DNA of 64,000 nt, taken from positions 3,072,001 to 3,136,000 of the forward strand of contig OZ244070.1 of assembly GCA_965215605.1 (NCBI GenBank), written 5' to 3'. The first letter of the stretch is position 1. Every line of letters starts with the position of its first letter. The translations under genes were made by a program, and so were the position numbers. Source of the DNA: an uncultured Candidatus Binatia bacterium (GTDB lineage Bacteria; Desulfobacterota; Binatia; UBA9968; JAJDTQ01). Below, one piece after another: positions 1 to 9,880 of this stretch. The notes beneath the pieces were generated by a model, which was given only the letters and a program-made list of their open reading frames with translations, ran no database searches and was not told the origin of the DNA.

Positions 1-873
1 GATCCAGCCGCCGCCGAACTCCCGCTCGATGGCGTTCACCAGCGGTGCGTCGATGGTGACCTCGGCGCCGCGGATACGGGTAATGACGCGGTCGAAGCGC
101 AGGTCGTACTTGCCGGCCTGCCACTGCCGGGTCACCCGTCCCGGCCGCGGCGGGATGCGGTCCATGCCGATGGCGCTGATCCAGCCGGCGGTGCTGGGCC
201 GGTGCACGATGATGCGGTCGCCGGCGGCGAGGCCCCGGGTCGACTCGATGTTGAATGTCCTTGCCCCCACCGGCACGTAGGCGTCGGTGATGGCCCGTCG
301 GGTGCCCGGCACCTTGCGCCATGCGTCGCCACGTCGGACTCGCACCGACCGGTGCTCTCGCAGGCGCATGAAAGCAGGGTTTACCTCGATGAGCGTGCGG
401 CGGCCGGTGCCGGTGGCCATGAGCACCGTGCCGTCACGCTCCCGTCCCTCTCCGCGCAGCACCACGCCGCCCGCCGATATCCGAAGCGTTCCGGCTATCT
501 GGTATTCGCCCTTCCGGAGCAGCACGGCGCCCCGGTGGCCGTCGGCGTCGGACTCCATCCGCGAAACCCGGTCGATGGCGGCCTGGATCCGTTCGCCGTC
601 GTCGCCGGGCCCCGGCTCCACCACCGCCTTGACCGGGACCCGTGGGATCGCCACGCCACCGCCGCCATAGCCGGCGTTGGAGAAGTCCGGAATGACGTTT
701 CCCTTGGCGTCGGGCACGTAGACCAGCTTCCCCGCGTCGTCGAGATAGACGAGGGGTCGCGCCTTCCCGGTTTCCACCGATGTCGCCGGCGCGCATGCGC
801 CAGCGACCAGCAGGAGCGCGGCGAGGCCCAGGGCCGCCGCGAGCCTGTCCAGGGAGGCCGAGCAGCTATTCAT
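1..873 (-). CDS. Lipoprotein with pectate lyase-like right-handed beta-helix; partial, runs off the window start
   Basis: Absent from the ORF track (no stop in window). Manual translation from ATG at 873: MNSCSASLDRLAAALGLAALLLVAGAC (lipobox-like)...GNVIPDFSNAGYGGG...DDGERIQAAID...GAVLLRKGEYQIAGTLRISAGGVVLRGEG, the N-terminal pattern of Pectate_lyase_3-like proteins. Confidence 0.7.
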   Translation of the reverse strand, partial: MNSCSASLDRLAAALGLAALLLVAGACAPATSVETGKARPLVYLDDAGKLVYVPDAKGNVIPDFSNAGYGGGGVAIPRVPVKAVVEPGPGDDGERIQAAIDRVSRMESDADGHRGAVLLRKGEYQIAGTLRISAGGVVLRGEGRERDGTVLMATGTGRRTLIEVNPAFMRLREHRSVRVRRGDAWRKVPGTRRAITDAYVPVGARTFNIESTRGLAAGDRIIVHRPSTAGWISAIGMDRIPPRPGRVTRQWQAGKYDLRFDRVITRIRGAEVTIDAPLVNAIEREFGGGWI

Positions 874-972
874 TATCCGTTTGAACCGCAATAGGGTGCC
901 TGTGGTATAGGGTAGAAGCCTTGACATGTTGTTTCTAACATCCTGTCGACCGCGACGACATTGGAGGACGCC

Positions 973-2010
973 ATGACCCGGAAATTCGTGTATTCGTCGT
1001 TGGCCCTTTTCGCGGCCCTTGTCATGGCCGCTTCAGCGGCGCATGCCGCCGACAACTTCTACGCCGGCAAGACCATCCGCATCATTGTCGCTTATTCGCC
1101 TGGCGGCGGGTTCGATGCCTATTCGCGGATGCTTGCGCGCCACATGCCCAGGCACATTCCAGGCAATCCCACGGTGGCGGTCCAGAACCGGCCCGGGGCC
1201 GGCGGCCTCATCACCGCCAACCATCTCTACAACAAGGCCAAACCCGACGGCCTCACCATCGGCAACTGGATCGGCGGGCTGATTCTGCAACAGCACCTGG
1301 GGAACAAGGGGGTGCGCTTCGACGCGGCCAAGTTCGGGTGGATCGGCGCGCCGGTGCGGATCACCAACGTGTGCATGACCCACAAGCGCAGCGGTATCGT
1401 CGACTTGGCAACATGGCGCGCAGCCAAGGAGCCGGTGAAGTTCGGCGGCAGCCAGCCCGGGTCCACTCTGTGGGACATCCCGCGGATACTGATCAGTCAC
1501 ACCGACCTTCCCATGAGGCTCATCGAGGGCTACGGCGGCACCGCGCCGGTAAGGCTGGCCGCGGAAAAGGGCGAGTTGGCCGGTGTATGCGCGAGTTGGG
1601 AAGGGCTCAAGAATCCTTGGGCGTCGGCGCTGGCCGCGGGTGACGTGCGCGTGCTGCTGCAGTTCGTGGACAAGCCCCACCCGGATCTCGCCGGGGTGCC
1701 TCTCACCGACGACGTCATGAAGACGGCCGAGGGACGGCAGGTGATGAAGGCCGTGATTCACGATATCGGCGGTTCCCTCAACCGGCCCTATTCGGTGCCG
1801 CCGGGGACGCCCAGGGACCGGGTGATGATCCTGCGCCGCGCCTTTGACGCCGCCATGAAGGACCCCGAGCTTTTGGCCGAGGCGAAGAAGGCCAGGTTCG
1901 CCATCAGCGCCGTCTCCGGCGAGGAAGTCGAAGGGCTCGTGGACGGGATCGGCAACCTGCCGCCGGAGTTGATGGACACCATCAAGAAGACCTTTGCGCC
2001 CAAGAAGTAG
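973..2010 (+). CDS. Tripartite tricarboxylate transporter substrate-binding protein (Bug/TctC family)
   Basis: Signal peptide; YSPGGGFD, NRPGAGG and PDGLT motifs; GGAGG at 963-967 before ATG 973. Confidence 0.9.
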   Translation: MTRKFVYSSLALFAALVMAASAAHAADNFYAGKTIRIIVAYSPGGGFDAYSRMLARHMPRHIPGNPTVAVQNRPGAGGLITANHLYNKAKPDGLTIGNWIGGLILQQHLGNKGVRFDAAKFGWIGAPVRITNVCMTHKRSGIVDLATWRAAKEPVKFGGSQPGSTLWDIPRILISHTDLPMRLIEGYGGTAPVRLAAEKGELAGVCASWEGLKNPWASALAAGDVRVLLQFVDKPHPDLAGVPLTDDVMKTAEGRQVMKAVIHDIGGSLNRPYSVPPGTPRDRVMILRRAFDAAMKDPELLAEAKKARFAISAVSGEEVEGLVDGIGNLPPELMDTIKKTFAPKK

Positions 2011-2060
2011 CGGACAAGTCGCGCCGGGAACGAGGGGAGGGGCCTCAGGGCATTAGGTAC

Positions 2061-2687
2061 ATGGCTCGCCCTTCGGGACTGGCATACAGCATTCACACGC
2101 CTCGTCTGATCCTCCGTTGCTGGCATCCGACGGATGCCAATCCGCTGCAACGGGCGATCAACGACAACCTGGACTACCTGCGCCCGTGGATCGACTGGGC
2201 GCGCCAGGAACCGGAATCACTGGAGATGAAGACGGAGCGGCTGCGGCGGTTCCGGGACGATTTCCTCTCGCGGCGGGACTACGTCTACGGCATCTTCGGC
2301 GCCGACGGCGTCCGGATCATCGGCGGCACCGGCCTGCATACACGGGAGAACAAGGACGCGCGGGAAATCGGCTATTGGATCGGAAAGCCCTTTGCCAACA
2401 AGGGGCTGGCCACGGAATCCACGGCGGCGCTGACGCGGGTGGCCTTCGAGATCAACGGGGTGGAGCGGGTGGAGATACGCTGCGACCCGCGCAACCAGGC
2501 CAGCGCCCGGGTGGCGGAGAAGCTCGGCTACACCCACCGTTCGACGCTTTACGGCAACAAGACCGACGCGGACGGGCTGGTGCGGGACACGCTGGTGTGG
2601 ACCCTGGACGCGGCGGAGTACCCGTCCAGTTGCGCGTCGGCCGCGTCGGTGGCCGTCTACAACCGATCCAAGGTCAAGATCCTGTAG
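2061..2687 (+). CDS. GNAT N-acetyltransferase, RimJ/RimL family
   Basis: TPRLILR, EIGYWI, KGLATE and N.AS.RVAEKLGY motifs. Confidence 0.88.
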   Translation: MARPSGLAYSIHTPRLILRCWHPTDANPLQRAINDNLDYLRPWIDWARQEPESLEMKTERLRRFRDDFLSRRDYVYGIFGADGVRIIGGTGLHTRENKDAREIGYWIGKPFANKGLATESTAALTRVAFEINGVERVEIRCDPRNQASARVAEKLGYTHRSTLYGNKTDADGLVRDTLVWTLDAAEYPSSCASAASVAVYNRSKVKIL

Positions 2688-2699
2688 CCGCCGCCCCGA

Positions 2700-2773
2700 C
2701 TCCGTCAGCCCCGCCTTCCTCTCCGTCAGCCCCGCGAAGCTTGTCCCCGACCCCGATCGGGGAGCGGGAATCC
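2700..2773. repeat. REP-like palindromic element with nested hairpin and a 15-bp direct repeat, between convergent genes
   Basis: CTCCGTCAGCCCCGC at 2700 and 2721; CCCGC...GCGGGAATCC outer arms enclosing TCCCCGA-ccccga-TCGGGGA (2744-2763). Confidence 0.6.
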
Positions 2774-2795
2774 AGGGGCGGGGAAGGGCGGGCCC

Positions 2796-3935
2796 CTACT
2801 GGATGTACTGGATGTTGTACAGCCGGGTCACGTTGTCCGCGGTGAGCCGCCTGCGCATCTTCTCGCTCAACCCGCCCATGGTCTGGGCGATGAACTCCTG
2901 GGAGTCGGGCCAGATCCCGTCCCGGTGGGGGTAGTCCGAGGCCCAGCAGAAGTTTTCCGGGGCGTATTCTTCCGCAAGCTGCGCGCCGACCTTGTCGTCC
3001 TGGAACGTGGCCCACATCTGGCGCCGGAAAAGCGCGCTGGGCGGCGTGCTGATCATGCCCTCGTACTCGCCTTCCCGGAACTTGTTGTCGAGCCGCTCCA
3101 GCACGTAGGGGATCCAGCCGATGTGGCTCTCGGCCATGACCACCTTGAGGGCGGGATGGCGCTCCAGGGCGCCGCACAGGATGATGGACACGAGGCATTC
3201 GTCGGCCTGCATCGCCACCACCGCTATGTGGGCTTCCTTGGAAACCTTCGGTGTACTCCCCCTGAGCTTTTCCTCCGCGGTCCGCGGCCCCACCGTGGTG
3301 GTGCCGTGGCCCGCGCCGATATGGAACGACAGCGCCACTTCCTCTTCTTCGGCGGCGGCCCACATGGGTTCCCACATCTCGTGCCAGATGGGGGCCGGGC
3401 CGTTGAAGAAGTCGAACAGCGCGCCCTTGAGCCCGAGGCCGTTCCTGCCGATGCGGCGAATCTCCGCGGCCGCGGCATCGGGGGAATGGGCGGGGATGTC
3501 GGCGATGCCGATGAAGCGGTTTCGGTCGTACTCGCAGAACTCGGCGATGAAGTCGTTATAGGCCCGGTAGGTTGCGGTGATCACGTCCGGGTCCTTGATG
3601 CTGTCTTCCACGAAGCGGATGCCGTAGATGACCTCGGCCGCGATGTCGTCGATGTCCAGGTCCTTGGCCCGCAGCTTGGGATCCGACGGGTGCGTGGGCT
3701 CCCATCCGGCCTCGCGCATTCGCCGGCCCCTGTGGTTGGTCATGGGCTGCCGGCCCATCCATGCCCGGTGCCCGCCCATCACCGCGCCGTCGCCGACCCA
3801 CGTGGGCTTGCCGTCCACCGTGCGCACGTTGGGCACCCGGTCCTTCAGGTTTGCGGGAGCGCGGGACCGGAACGTGTCTTCGTCGAGATAGAAGAGATCC
3901 ATGTGTCCGTCGGCAGAGATGATTCGGTCGCTCAT
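2796..3935 (-). CDS. Amidohydrolase family 2 protein
   Basis: ISADGHMD, SFHIG and WASDYPH.D metal motifs. Confidence 0.9.
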   Translation of the reverse strand: MSDRIISADGHMDLFYLDEDTFRSRAPANLKDRVPNVRTVDGKPTWVGDGAVMGGHRAWMGRQPMTNHRGRRMREAGWEPTHPSDPKLRAKDLDIDDIAAEVIYGIRFVEDSIKDPDVITATYRAYNDFIAEFCEYDRNRFIGIADIPAHSPDAAAAEIRRIGRNGLGLKGALFDFFNGPAPIWHEMWEPMWAAAEEEEVALSFHIGAGHGTTTVGPRTAEEKLRGSTPKVSKEAHIAVVAMQADECLVSIILCGALERHPALKVVMAESHIGWIPYVLERLDNKFREGEYEGMISTPPSALFRRQMWATFQDDKVGAQLAEEYAPENFCWASDYPHRDGIWPDSQEFIAQTMGGLSEKMRRRLTADNVTRLYNIQYIQ

Positions 3936-4062
3936 GATCGTTTCCTCCGGATTTCACTTCTCTCACAGTCTTCCAGACGGGGCAAGACCGCTCCCCCGCC
4001 TCCCTGATTGACTCGCTTCACCCGGCGTGCAACCATCCCCCAACCCGAGAGGAGGACCATCC

Positions 4063-5262
4063 ATGCCGACAACGGCCGACGATCTCCAGGGCGAGTGGCG
4101 GGACCGTTGCGCGATACCGGACCACGTCATTTGGGGCCCCGGGTCCCATGAGCGCCTGAGAGGACTGCTGGAAGAGATGGGCTGTGGCCGGGCGTTGCTG
4201 CTGGCCAGCGGTTCGCTGGCGAAACGCACGCCTTGGGTGGACCGGATCGTGGACGGACTGGGCGGCCTGGTGGCGGCGGTCCGCAGCGACAGCGCGGAGT
4301 TCACCCCCGACTGGCTGTGCTTCGACACGGCGCGGCAGGCGCGCGAGGTGGAGCCCGACGTCATCGTCACCGTGGGCGGCGGCAGCGTTGCCGACTGGGG
4401 CAAGGCGGTGGCCTTCATCCTGGCCCAGGGCCTTGAATCGGTGGAGGAACTGGACGGCTACGTGGCCTCGCCCGACAACCAGCGGCTGGCCGCGCTGCCC
4501 CGGCCGCCCATCCCCCAGGTGGCGCTCCCCACCACGCTGTCGGCGTCGGAGGCGACCTGGTCGGTGACCATCAACCGGCCCGAGCGCAAGTTCAAGGACC
4601 ACGTGCGGCACCCCGATCTCGTGCCCAGGGCGGTGATCCTGGACGCGGCCATCGCCTCTTCCACCCCGGCCGGCCTGTGGTGCGCCACCGGCCTCAAGGC
4701 CATGGAGCACGTGGTGGAGAAGCTCTACACCGTGGACCGCAATCCGGTGGTGGACAACATGTGCCTCGAGGCCGGGGCGCTGCTGTACCGATACCTGCCG
4801 CGTTGCAAGGACAACCCGGAGGACCTGGAGGCCTTCACCCGATGCCATGTGGCGCTGGTGGGCGTAGGTTTCCACGGCCGCGGCGTGCACAAGGGGCTGT
4901 CGCAGGTCATCGGCTGGCAACTCGGCGCCTACGGCGTCGCCCACGGCCACACCTCCTGCGTCATGCTGCCCCACGTGATGGAGTTCAACCGCTCCGTGAG
5001 CCTGTCCTCCCAGGCCGCCCTCGGCCGCGCCTTGGGGGGACACGGCGCCACGGACGAAGAGCTGGCCGAGGGCGCCCATGCGGCCGTGGCCAGCCTGGTC
5101 CGCGACATGGATCTGCCCTACCGGTTGCGGGACGTGGGCGTCCCCCGCGACGATCTTCCGGACATCGCGAAGAAGGTCATCGTGTCGCCGAACATCATCT
5201 ACAACCCGAGGCCGGTGACGGATCCCGGGGAGGTCCTGGCGGTGCTCGAAAGGGCGTGGTAG
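4063..5262 (+). CDS. Iron-containing alcohol dehydrogenase / maleylacetate reductase-like
   Basis: VGGGSVAD, LPTTLSASE and GVAHG motifs; GGAGG RBS before ATG 4063. Confidence 0.85.
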   Translation: MPTTADDLQGEWRDRCAIPDHVIWGPGSHERLRGLLEEMGCGRALLLASGSLAKRTPWVDRIVDGLGGLVAAVRSDSAEFTPDWLCFDTARQAREVEPDVIVTVGGGSVADWGKAVAFILAQGLESVEELDGYVASPDNQRLAALPRPPIPQVALPTTLSASEATWSVTINRPERKFKDHVRHPDLVPRAVILDAAIASSTPAGLWCATGLKAMEHVVEKLYTVDRNPVVDNMCLEAGALLYRYLPRCKDNPEDLEAFTRCHVALVGVGFHGRGVHKGLSQVIGWQLGAYGVAHGHTSCVMLPHVMEFNRSVSLSSQAALGRALGGHGATDEELAEGAHAAVASLVRDMDLPYRLRDVGVPRDDLPDIAKKVIVSPNIIYNPRPVTDPGEVLAVLERAW

Positions 5263-5274
5263 CAGGCTCCCGCC

Positions 5275-5735
5275 TTACGACGGGGCGACGGGATCTCCAC
5301 CGCGCCGTGCGCTCCCATCCCCCTCGGCCCATCTCATTGCAGCGAAGGCCCCTGCCGCGAAGACCGCGAAGGCGGCGATTTGGGCGTACATGGTCCCATC
5401 GAAGCCTTGGTCCATGAGCCCTCCCAGCGGCAACGCGATGAAGGTGGAGAGGGCCGGATCCCCTGTCCGACGGCCGGGGCGATAGCGGGGACGAGGATGA
5501 ACACGGCCATGGCGAATGACATGAGGCGGGCCATCTGGCGTCCTTCGTACTGATCGCGCACCAGGGCTACGGTTACGACGCGCGGTCCCGCCACTCCGAA
5601 GCCCAGCCCCAGGAACAGGGCGGTAACGACGAACTGGGCGTCATTCGGACGCGCCGCCCCCAGGTCGTGAGCGATGGCAGTCAGCGCCGGCAGGATGCCG
5701 ACCTTGCCGGGTCGCCTCCACAGGGCGGACTTCAT
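5275..5735 (-). pseudogene. Internally deleted, frameshifted Bcr/CflA-type MFS efflux gene remnant
   Basis: ILPAL..IAHDLG...AQFVVTALFLGLG (TM1-2) joined to GVAGPRVVTVALVRDQYEGRQMARLMSF...PAIAPAVGQ (TM4-5); C-terminal ALSTFIALPLGGLMDQGFDGT lies in another frame ending at 5275; about 150 codons versus about 400 expected. Confidence 0.75.
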
Positions 5736-7030
5736 ACGACTTCCACCCATGTCTTCATCCCGGATGCTTGGTGCGCGAGGGTATGGCAGTGCAGGAGCCA
5801 TTTGCCGGGATTGTCGAATACGCAGAGGATGTCGCGGCTCCGGCGCGGATCTACCAGCGTCGTGTCGCGGTAATCGCCGAGGGAACCGTCTTCGCGCAGC
5901 TCGTGGAAATGGTGGCCGTGCAGGTGGATGCCGTGCGGGAAGGCGGTGTCGTTGCGCAGGGTGATGCGGGCCGTCTGGCCGCGTGCGAACCGCCGCCACG
6001 GCGCATCGGGCATGCCGGAGCGGTGGTTGAAGGCCCATAGATCGCCGCCCCCGTGACGCCCGCTCATGGCCCCTCCCTGCATGGCAAGAGTCAGGCGGAT
6101 CGCCGCACTCCGGTCGGGGGCCGGCGTGCGGCGATCCGGGAGCGGGACGACCGCGCCCGCGGCAGGGGCGGGATTCGAGCCCTCCACGGCGATGGTGCCC
6201 AGTCCGTGGAGACCCTCGCGGGTCCGAAGGGCGAAGGACACCGGCGCCGCCACGTCGAGGATGACGTCGGTCCGCTGGGCCGGTGCGAGCAGCAGGTCTC
6301 GGAGCGGCGACGGCTCGGCGAGCGGCATCCCGTCATGGGCCACGACTTTGCCGGTTCCCCCGCCGACCCGCACCGCGAATATCCGCGCCGTGGCGGCATT
6401 GATGAGCCGCAGGCGGACGCGGTCGCCGCGCCGGACCGTGGCCGCCGAGAACAGGGCGCGGGCGACGTTACCCATCCGTCCGGCATGAGAGAAGTCGTGG
6501 CGGTTGCCGAAGCTCTCGTGCAGCGCGCCGTTGCGTTCCAGCCGCCAGTCGTCGAGGACGACGGTAATGTCGCGGTCGACGGGGGGCGGGTCCCGCTCTT
6601 CGACGATCAGCGGGCCGTAGAGCCCCCTTGCCACCTGTTCCCAGGAGCGGTGGTGGGCGTGGTACCAGTAGGTGCCGGCGTGGGGGACGTCGAACGCATA
6701 GCGGAAGGTCTCACCGGGTCGCACCGCCGCCTGCGTCAAATCCGGCACCCCGTCCATCGCGTTGTCGAGATGGATGCCGTGCCAGTGGATCGTGGAGGCC
6801 TGGCCCGCTCCGTTCTCGAAGGAAACGGAGAGCCGGTCCCCTTGGCGTACGCGGATGTCGGGGCCGGGGGTCGATCCGTTGAATCCGAGCATGGAGGTGG
6901 GGCGGTCGTCGTCGGGCAGGATCCGGGCGGTCACCGGCCCGGCCTTCAATCGCAAGGGCGCCGCCGACCAGCCGGTCGCCGGGAACAGGATCGAGGCGGC
7001 GGAGCAGGCAAGGAATTGCCGTCGATTCAT
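5732..7030 (-). CDS. Tat-exported multicopper oxidase
   Basis: MNRRQFL Tat signal; HWHG, WYHAH, HGIHLHGH and HCHTLAHQASGM copper motifs. Confidence 0.93.
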   Translation of the reverse strand: MNRRQFLACSAASILFPATGWSAAPLRLKAGPVTARILPDDDRPTSMLGFNGSTPGPDIRVRQGDRLSVSFENGAGQASTIHWHGIHLDNAMDGVPDLTQAAVRPGETFRYAFDVPHAGTYWYHAHHRSWEQVARGLYGPLIVEERDPPPVDRDITVVLDDWRLERNGALHESFGNRHDFSHAGRMGNVARALFSAATVRRGDRVRLRLINAATARIFAVRVGGGTGKVVAHDGMPLAEPSPLRDLLLAPAQRTDVILDVAAPVSFALRTREGLHGLGTIAVEGSNPAPAAGAVVPLPDRRTPAPDRSAAIRLTLAMQGGAMSGRHGGGDLWAFNHRSGMPDAPWRRFARGQTARITLRNDTAFPHGIHLHGHHFHELREDGSLGDYRDTTLVDPRRSRDILCVFDNPGKWLLHCHTLAHQASGMKTWVEVV

Positions 7031-7069
7031 GGACTGCTTCTGGATTTCCCAGGTTGATGGTGATCCGTC

Positions 7070-7594
7070 TCAGGCCTTGAGGATGCTGTTGGGATGCTGC
7101 TCATCCGGTTCCCCGCCCGGTCCCATGCGGAAAGTCCTGGCCTTGTCCACCACGAGCTGGCCGTCTTCCGCCACGGCGATCTCGAAGCGGTCCAACGGTC
7201 GGGGCGCCGGCCCCTCGAAGTTCAGGCCCGACTTGAAGAAGCCGCTGCCGTGGCAGGGGCACTTGAACTTGCTTTCGGCGGAGAGCCAGCGCGGCGTGCA
7301 CCCGAGATGCGTGCACACGGAGGAGAGGGCGTAGAAACCCGCCTCCTCACGTACGATCCACACGCGAAAATCCTTCTTGAACTTCTCGCTTACCTCGCCG
7401 ATGGCGTAGTCGGATGGAAAGCCGGCCTTGAACGTGGTGGGCGGCATGAAGAGCACCCGCGGAAACGCCGACCGCATGAAACCGAAGAGGGAGACCAGGG
7501 AGAATACCCCGAACCCCGACCAGCCGAGGCGGCCGAAGAAGTCCCGGCGGCTCCAGATGCCTCGCTTTATTTCCCGTTTCTCGTTGGTGGCCAT
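7070..7594 (-). CDS. Rieske [2Fe-2S] protein, cytochrome bc complex type
   Basis: SRRDF Tat motif plus TM helix; CTHLGC and CPCHGS; GPAPRPL; likely start ATG 7594. Confidence 0.9.
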   Translation of the reverse strand: MATNEKREIKRGIWSRRDFFGRLGWSGFGVFSLVSLFGFMRSAFPRVLFMPPTTFKAGFPSDYAIGEVSEKFKKDFRVWIVREEAGFYALSSVCTHLGCTPRWLSAESKFKCPCHGSGFFKSGLNFEGPAPRPLDRFEIAVAEDGQLVVDKARTFRMGPGGEPDEQHPNSILKA

Positions 7595-7699
7595 CGCATC
7601 TCTGCTGAACCAGCCTATCACCACCCGCCGACTATGCAAGCCCGAAGGTCCTACTATTTGACGTCCTCTTTCGAGGACCGCCAACGCGCTCGCTCGAGG

Positions 7700-8590
7700 T
7701 CACCAGTTGAGGGCGACGTTGAAGCGGAGGATGTGCTCGGGTTTTGTGTGGGCGGCCTCCCTTCGGGTGGTCTTGAGGCCGAGTTGGAGATCGGGGGCGT
7801 TCTTGCGGGCCAAGGGGTTGAAGCGCCAGCCCAGGCTGTAGTCGCGGGCGCCGGCGGCGAAGCCGAAGCCGACATGGGGGCTGGCGGCGAAGCGGCCGTC
7901 CAGGACCGGGAAGCCGTAGGCGGCCTCGGCCAGCCAGCGGCTCTCGGCGGTACCGCCCGCGCCGCCGCGGGTATCCAGCGGGTCGGGAGCGAACAGGGCG
8001 TCGATGCCGTCTTTGGCCTGTCCGCCCCAGTCCTGACGAAGTGTCAGGGAGGGGCCGAGAGTGGTTGCCGGGTCGGGGTTGTAGGCCAGGGAGGCGGCAA
8101 AGCCCCGGTCCTTCAGATCGTCGGACCGGTGGGCGAGCAGGGTGCGGCCCTCGACATCGAGGCGGAGGCCCAGGGCGGGGTCGCTCCAGGCAAAGCCGCC
8201 GCCGAGTTCGATGCCGGTGCCGGTCTCGGCATCGCCGCCGTCATGGCGCGCGCCCACTTCGAGCCTGGGCGTCAGATGGCCGTTTTGGTCCAGGGCGATC
8301 TTCCAGCTTCCCTCCAGACCCAGCCTGAGCCGGGTCACGTCGGAGTCCGAGGCCGCGAGGTCCCGGGTCTTGTCCGAAGAGGTCCGCGCCCAGAGCGCGT
8401 CCGACTCAAGCGCGAGCGCCGGCCCGGAGCGCTGCTCCTGCGGGGGCCACAGGTCTCCACGGAGTCCCAACGCCGCCATGGTCCAGGAAACGTCCGACTT
8501 GAACACGCCGCCGACCTCCGGCTTGAGCGTCACCGTGCCGGCGCCGTAGCCTGCCGCCCCCCAGAGCTTCAGCCGCTCGGTGGCCTGAAG
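7700..8590 (-). pseudogene. Autotransporter beta-barrel remnant (passenger domain and barrel N-terminus lost)
   Basis: ERLKLWGAAGYG, VTRLRLGLEGS, LTPRLEVGARHDGGDAETGTGIELGGG and terminal W; upstream in-frame sequence lacks a signal peptide and does not look homologous. Confidence 0.7.
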
Positions 8591-8927
8591 AGCCTTGCCG
8601 AGGATGTGCGCGTCCTGGACAAGGCCCCGACGCGCCAGAACTGGATAGGCCGGTGCGTCCTGTCCCGGTCCGAAAAAGTCCAAGGCCTCCGAGTCCTTGT
8701 AGCTGTCCGCCGCGGGCCTGGTGACACCGCACCCGGCCAAGTCGGTCTGAAGATCCGGCAGGAACGCCGCGACGGGAACGACGCGGCCGGGAAAATCCAC
8801 AACTGGTCCTGGCGTTGCGCGTCGGCTCACTTGGCACAAGACCGGCGCTCCGTACGCCGAAGGAGTTCGACAAGGGCTTGGAGATCAGAGTCGGCAAGCA
8901 TGAGTAGCCGAGTAACCGTTGGGAGTG

Positions 8928-9056
8928 ACAGGCGTAGCTGTCCGTCGCGCCGTCGTAGCGGAACCGGGACTTGGTGAAAAGCCCCTTTTTCTTCATCGGG
9001 GACCGATCCACCGGCTTGGGCACGTGCGGCGTGATCCCGCCCGCCTCGCAGGCTTC
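8928..9056 (-). mobile_element. IS1182-family transposase internal fragment
   Basis: EACEAGGITPHVPKP...KKKGLFTKSRFRYDGATDSYAC resembles the recalled IS1182 F.YD...D.Y.CP segment; no start codon or IRs seen. Confidence 0.6.
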
Positions 9057-9078
9057 TCACCAGCGCTCTCGTTCGCGC

Positions 9079-9396
9079 TCATGCGATCCGCGGTGCGGCG
9101 CTCTTTCCCGAAGTATCGGGCCTAGTCGGCAGATGGCGGATCTGGGCGCCCGTTTCCCTGTCCGCCTGAACCAGGTCGTACTGTGCCTGAAGGTTAAGCC
9201 AGAACTGAGGCTCGACACCGAACCAGTGGCCGAAGCGTAGTGCGGTGTCGCCGGTGACCGAACGTTTGCCTGCGAGGATCTGGCTCACCCGGTTGGCGGG
9301 CACCTCGATCTGCCGCGCCAACTCCGTTGGGGTGATTCCCAGTTCTTCCAGCTCGCCCTTCAGGACCTCACCGGGATGGACAGCTCTCATGAACAT
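9079..9396 (-). CDS. higA: HigA-family antitoxin (XRE HTH)
   Basis: HPGEVL...ELARQI.VPANRVSQI..GKRSVT.DTALR...FG..PQFWLNLQ..YDL; GGAGG RBS before ATG 9396. Confidence 0.92.
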   Translation of the reverse strand: MFMRAVHPGEVLKGELEELGITPTELARQIEVPANRVSQILAGKRSVTGDTALRFGHWFGVEPQFWLNLQAQYDLVQADRETGAQIRHLPTRPDTSGKSAAPRIA

Positions 9397-9412
9397 ACCG
9401 TCCTCCTCCTTC

Positions 9413-9700
9413 TCATCCGTGGTAGTCGACGATCTCAACGTTGTCCGGTCCCGCATGCCCGTCCGGCCACTCGAAACACAGTCTCCATTGCCGATTGATG
9501 CGAATGGAGTACTGGCCCTTCCTGTCACCCCGGAGGGCTTCGAGGTGGTTTCCCGGCAAGGAACGCAGGGTATCGAGCGAAGGCGCGGCGTTCAGGATGG
9601 CGAGCCGTCTTGCTGCTTGGTCGTCGAAGCTCCGGAACGCCCTGACTGACCGCCCTTCGGCAAACCCTCGTGTCTTTCTGTCTCGATAGCCGAGGATCAT
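9413..9700 (-). CDS. higB: HigB-family toxin (RelE/ParE superfamily)
   Basis: PGNHLEALRGDRKGQYSIRINRQWRLCFEW...VEIVDYH; toxin-first gene order. Confidence 0.93.
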   Translation of the reverse strand: MILGYRDRKTRGFAEGRSVRAFRSFDDQAARRLAILNAAPSLDTLRSLPGNHLEALRGDRKGQYSIRINRQWRLCFEWPDGHAGPDNVEIVDYHG

Positions 9701-9737
9701 CTCCTGTCAAGATGACAAGCTAGACGATGTACGTCAA
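9701..9737 (-). promoter_or_regulatory. Putative higBA promoter with overlapping operator palindromes
   Basis: Minus strand TTGACG-17 bp-CATCTT; palindromes TGTCA-aga-TGACA (9705-9717) and GACG-atgta-CGTC (9723-9735). Confidence 0.45.
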
Positions 9738-9739
9738 GG

Positions 9740-9880
9740 GTACACTGTCCATAGCGAGCCTATCTGCGGCGACTTCCTTGGCGAAGGAATCGTAGGGAAG
9801 CAAACACTCGGCGGCGAATACATCGCAAAGGATCTCTTCCTCGGGTCGCTGTCGATAGCGCAGAAGCTGAGGCAGTCGAT
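9740..9880 (-). pseudogene. ImmA/IrrE-family metallopeptidase C-terminal fragment
   Basis: RPEEEILCDVFAAECLLP resembles E..A..FAA.LL.P; the upstream HEXXH motif is missing. Confidence 0.5.

Noticed and set aside
921-950. Sigma70 promoter at TTGACA 921
   Set aside because: No credible -10 at 16-18 bp; only a weak ATGTT-N6-AACAT palindrome
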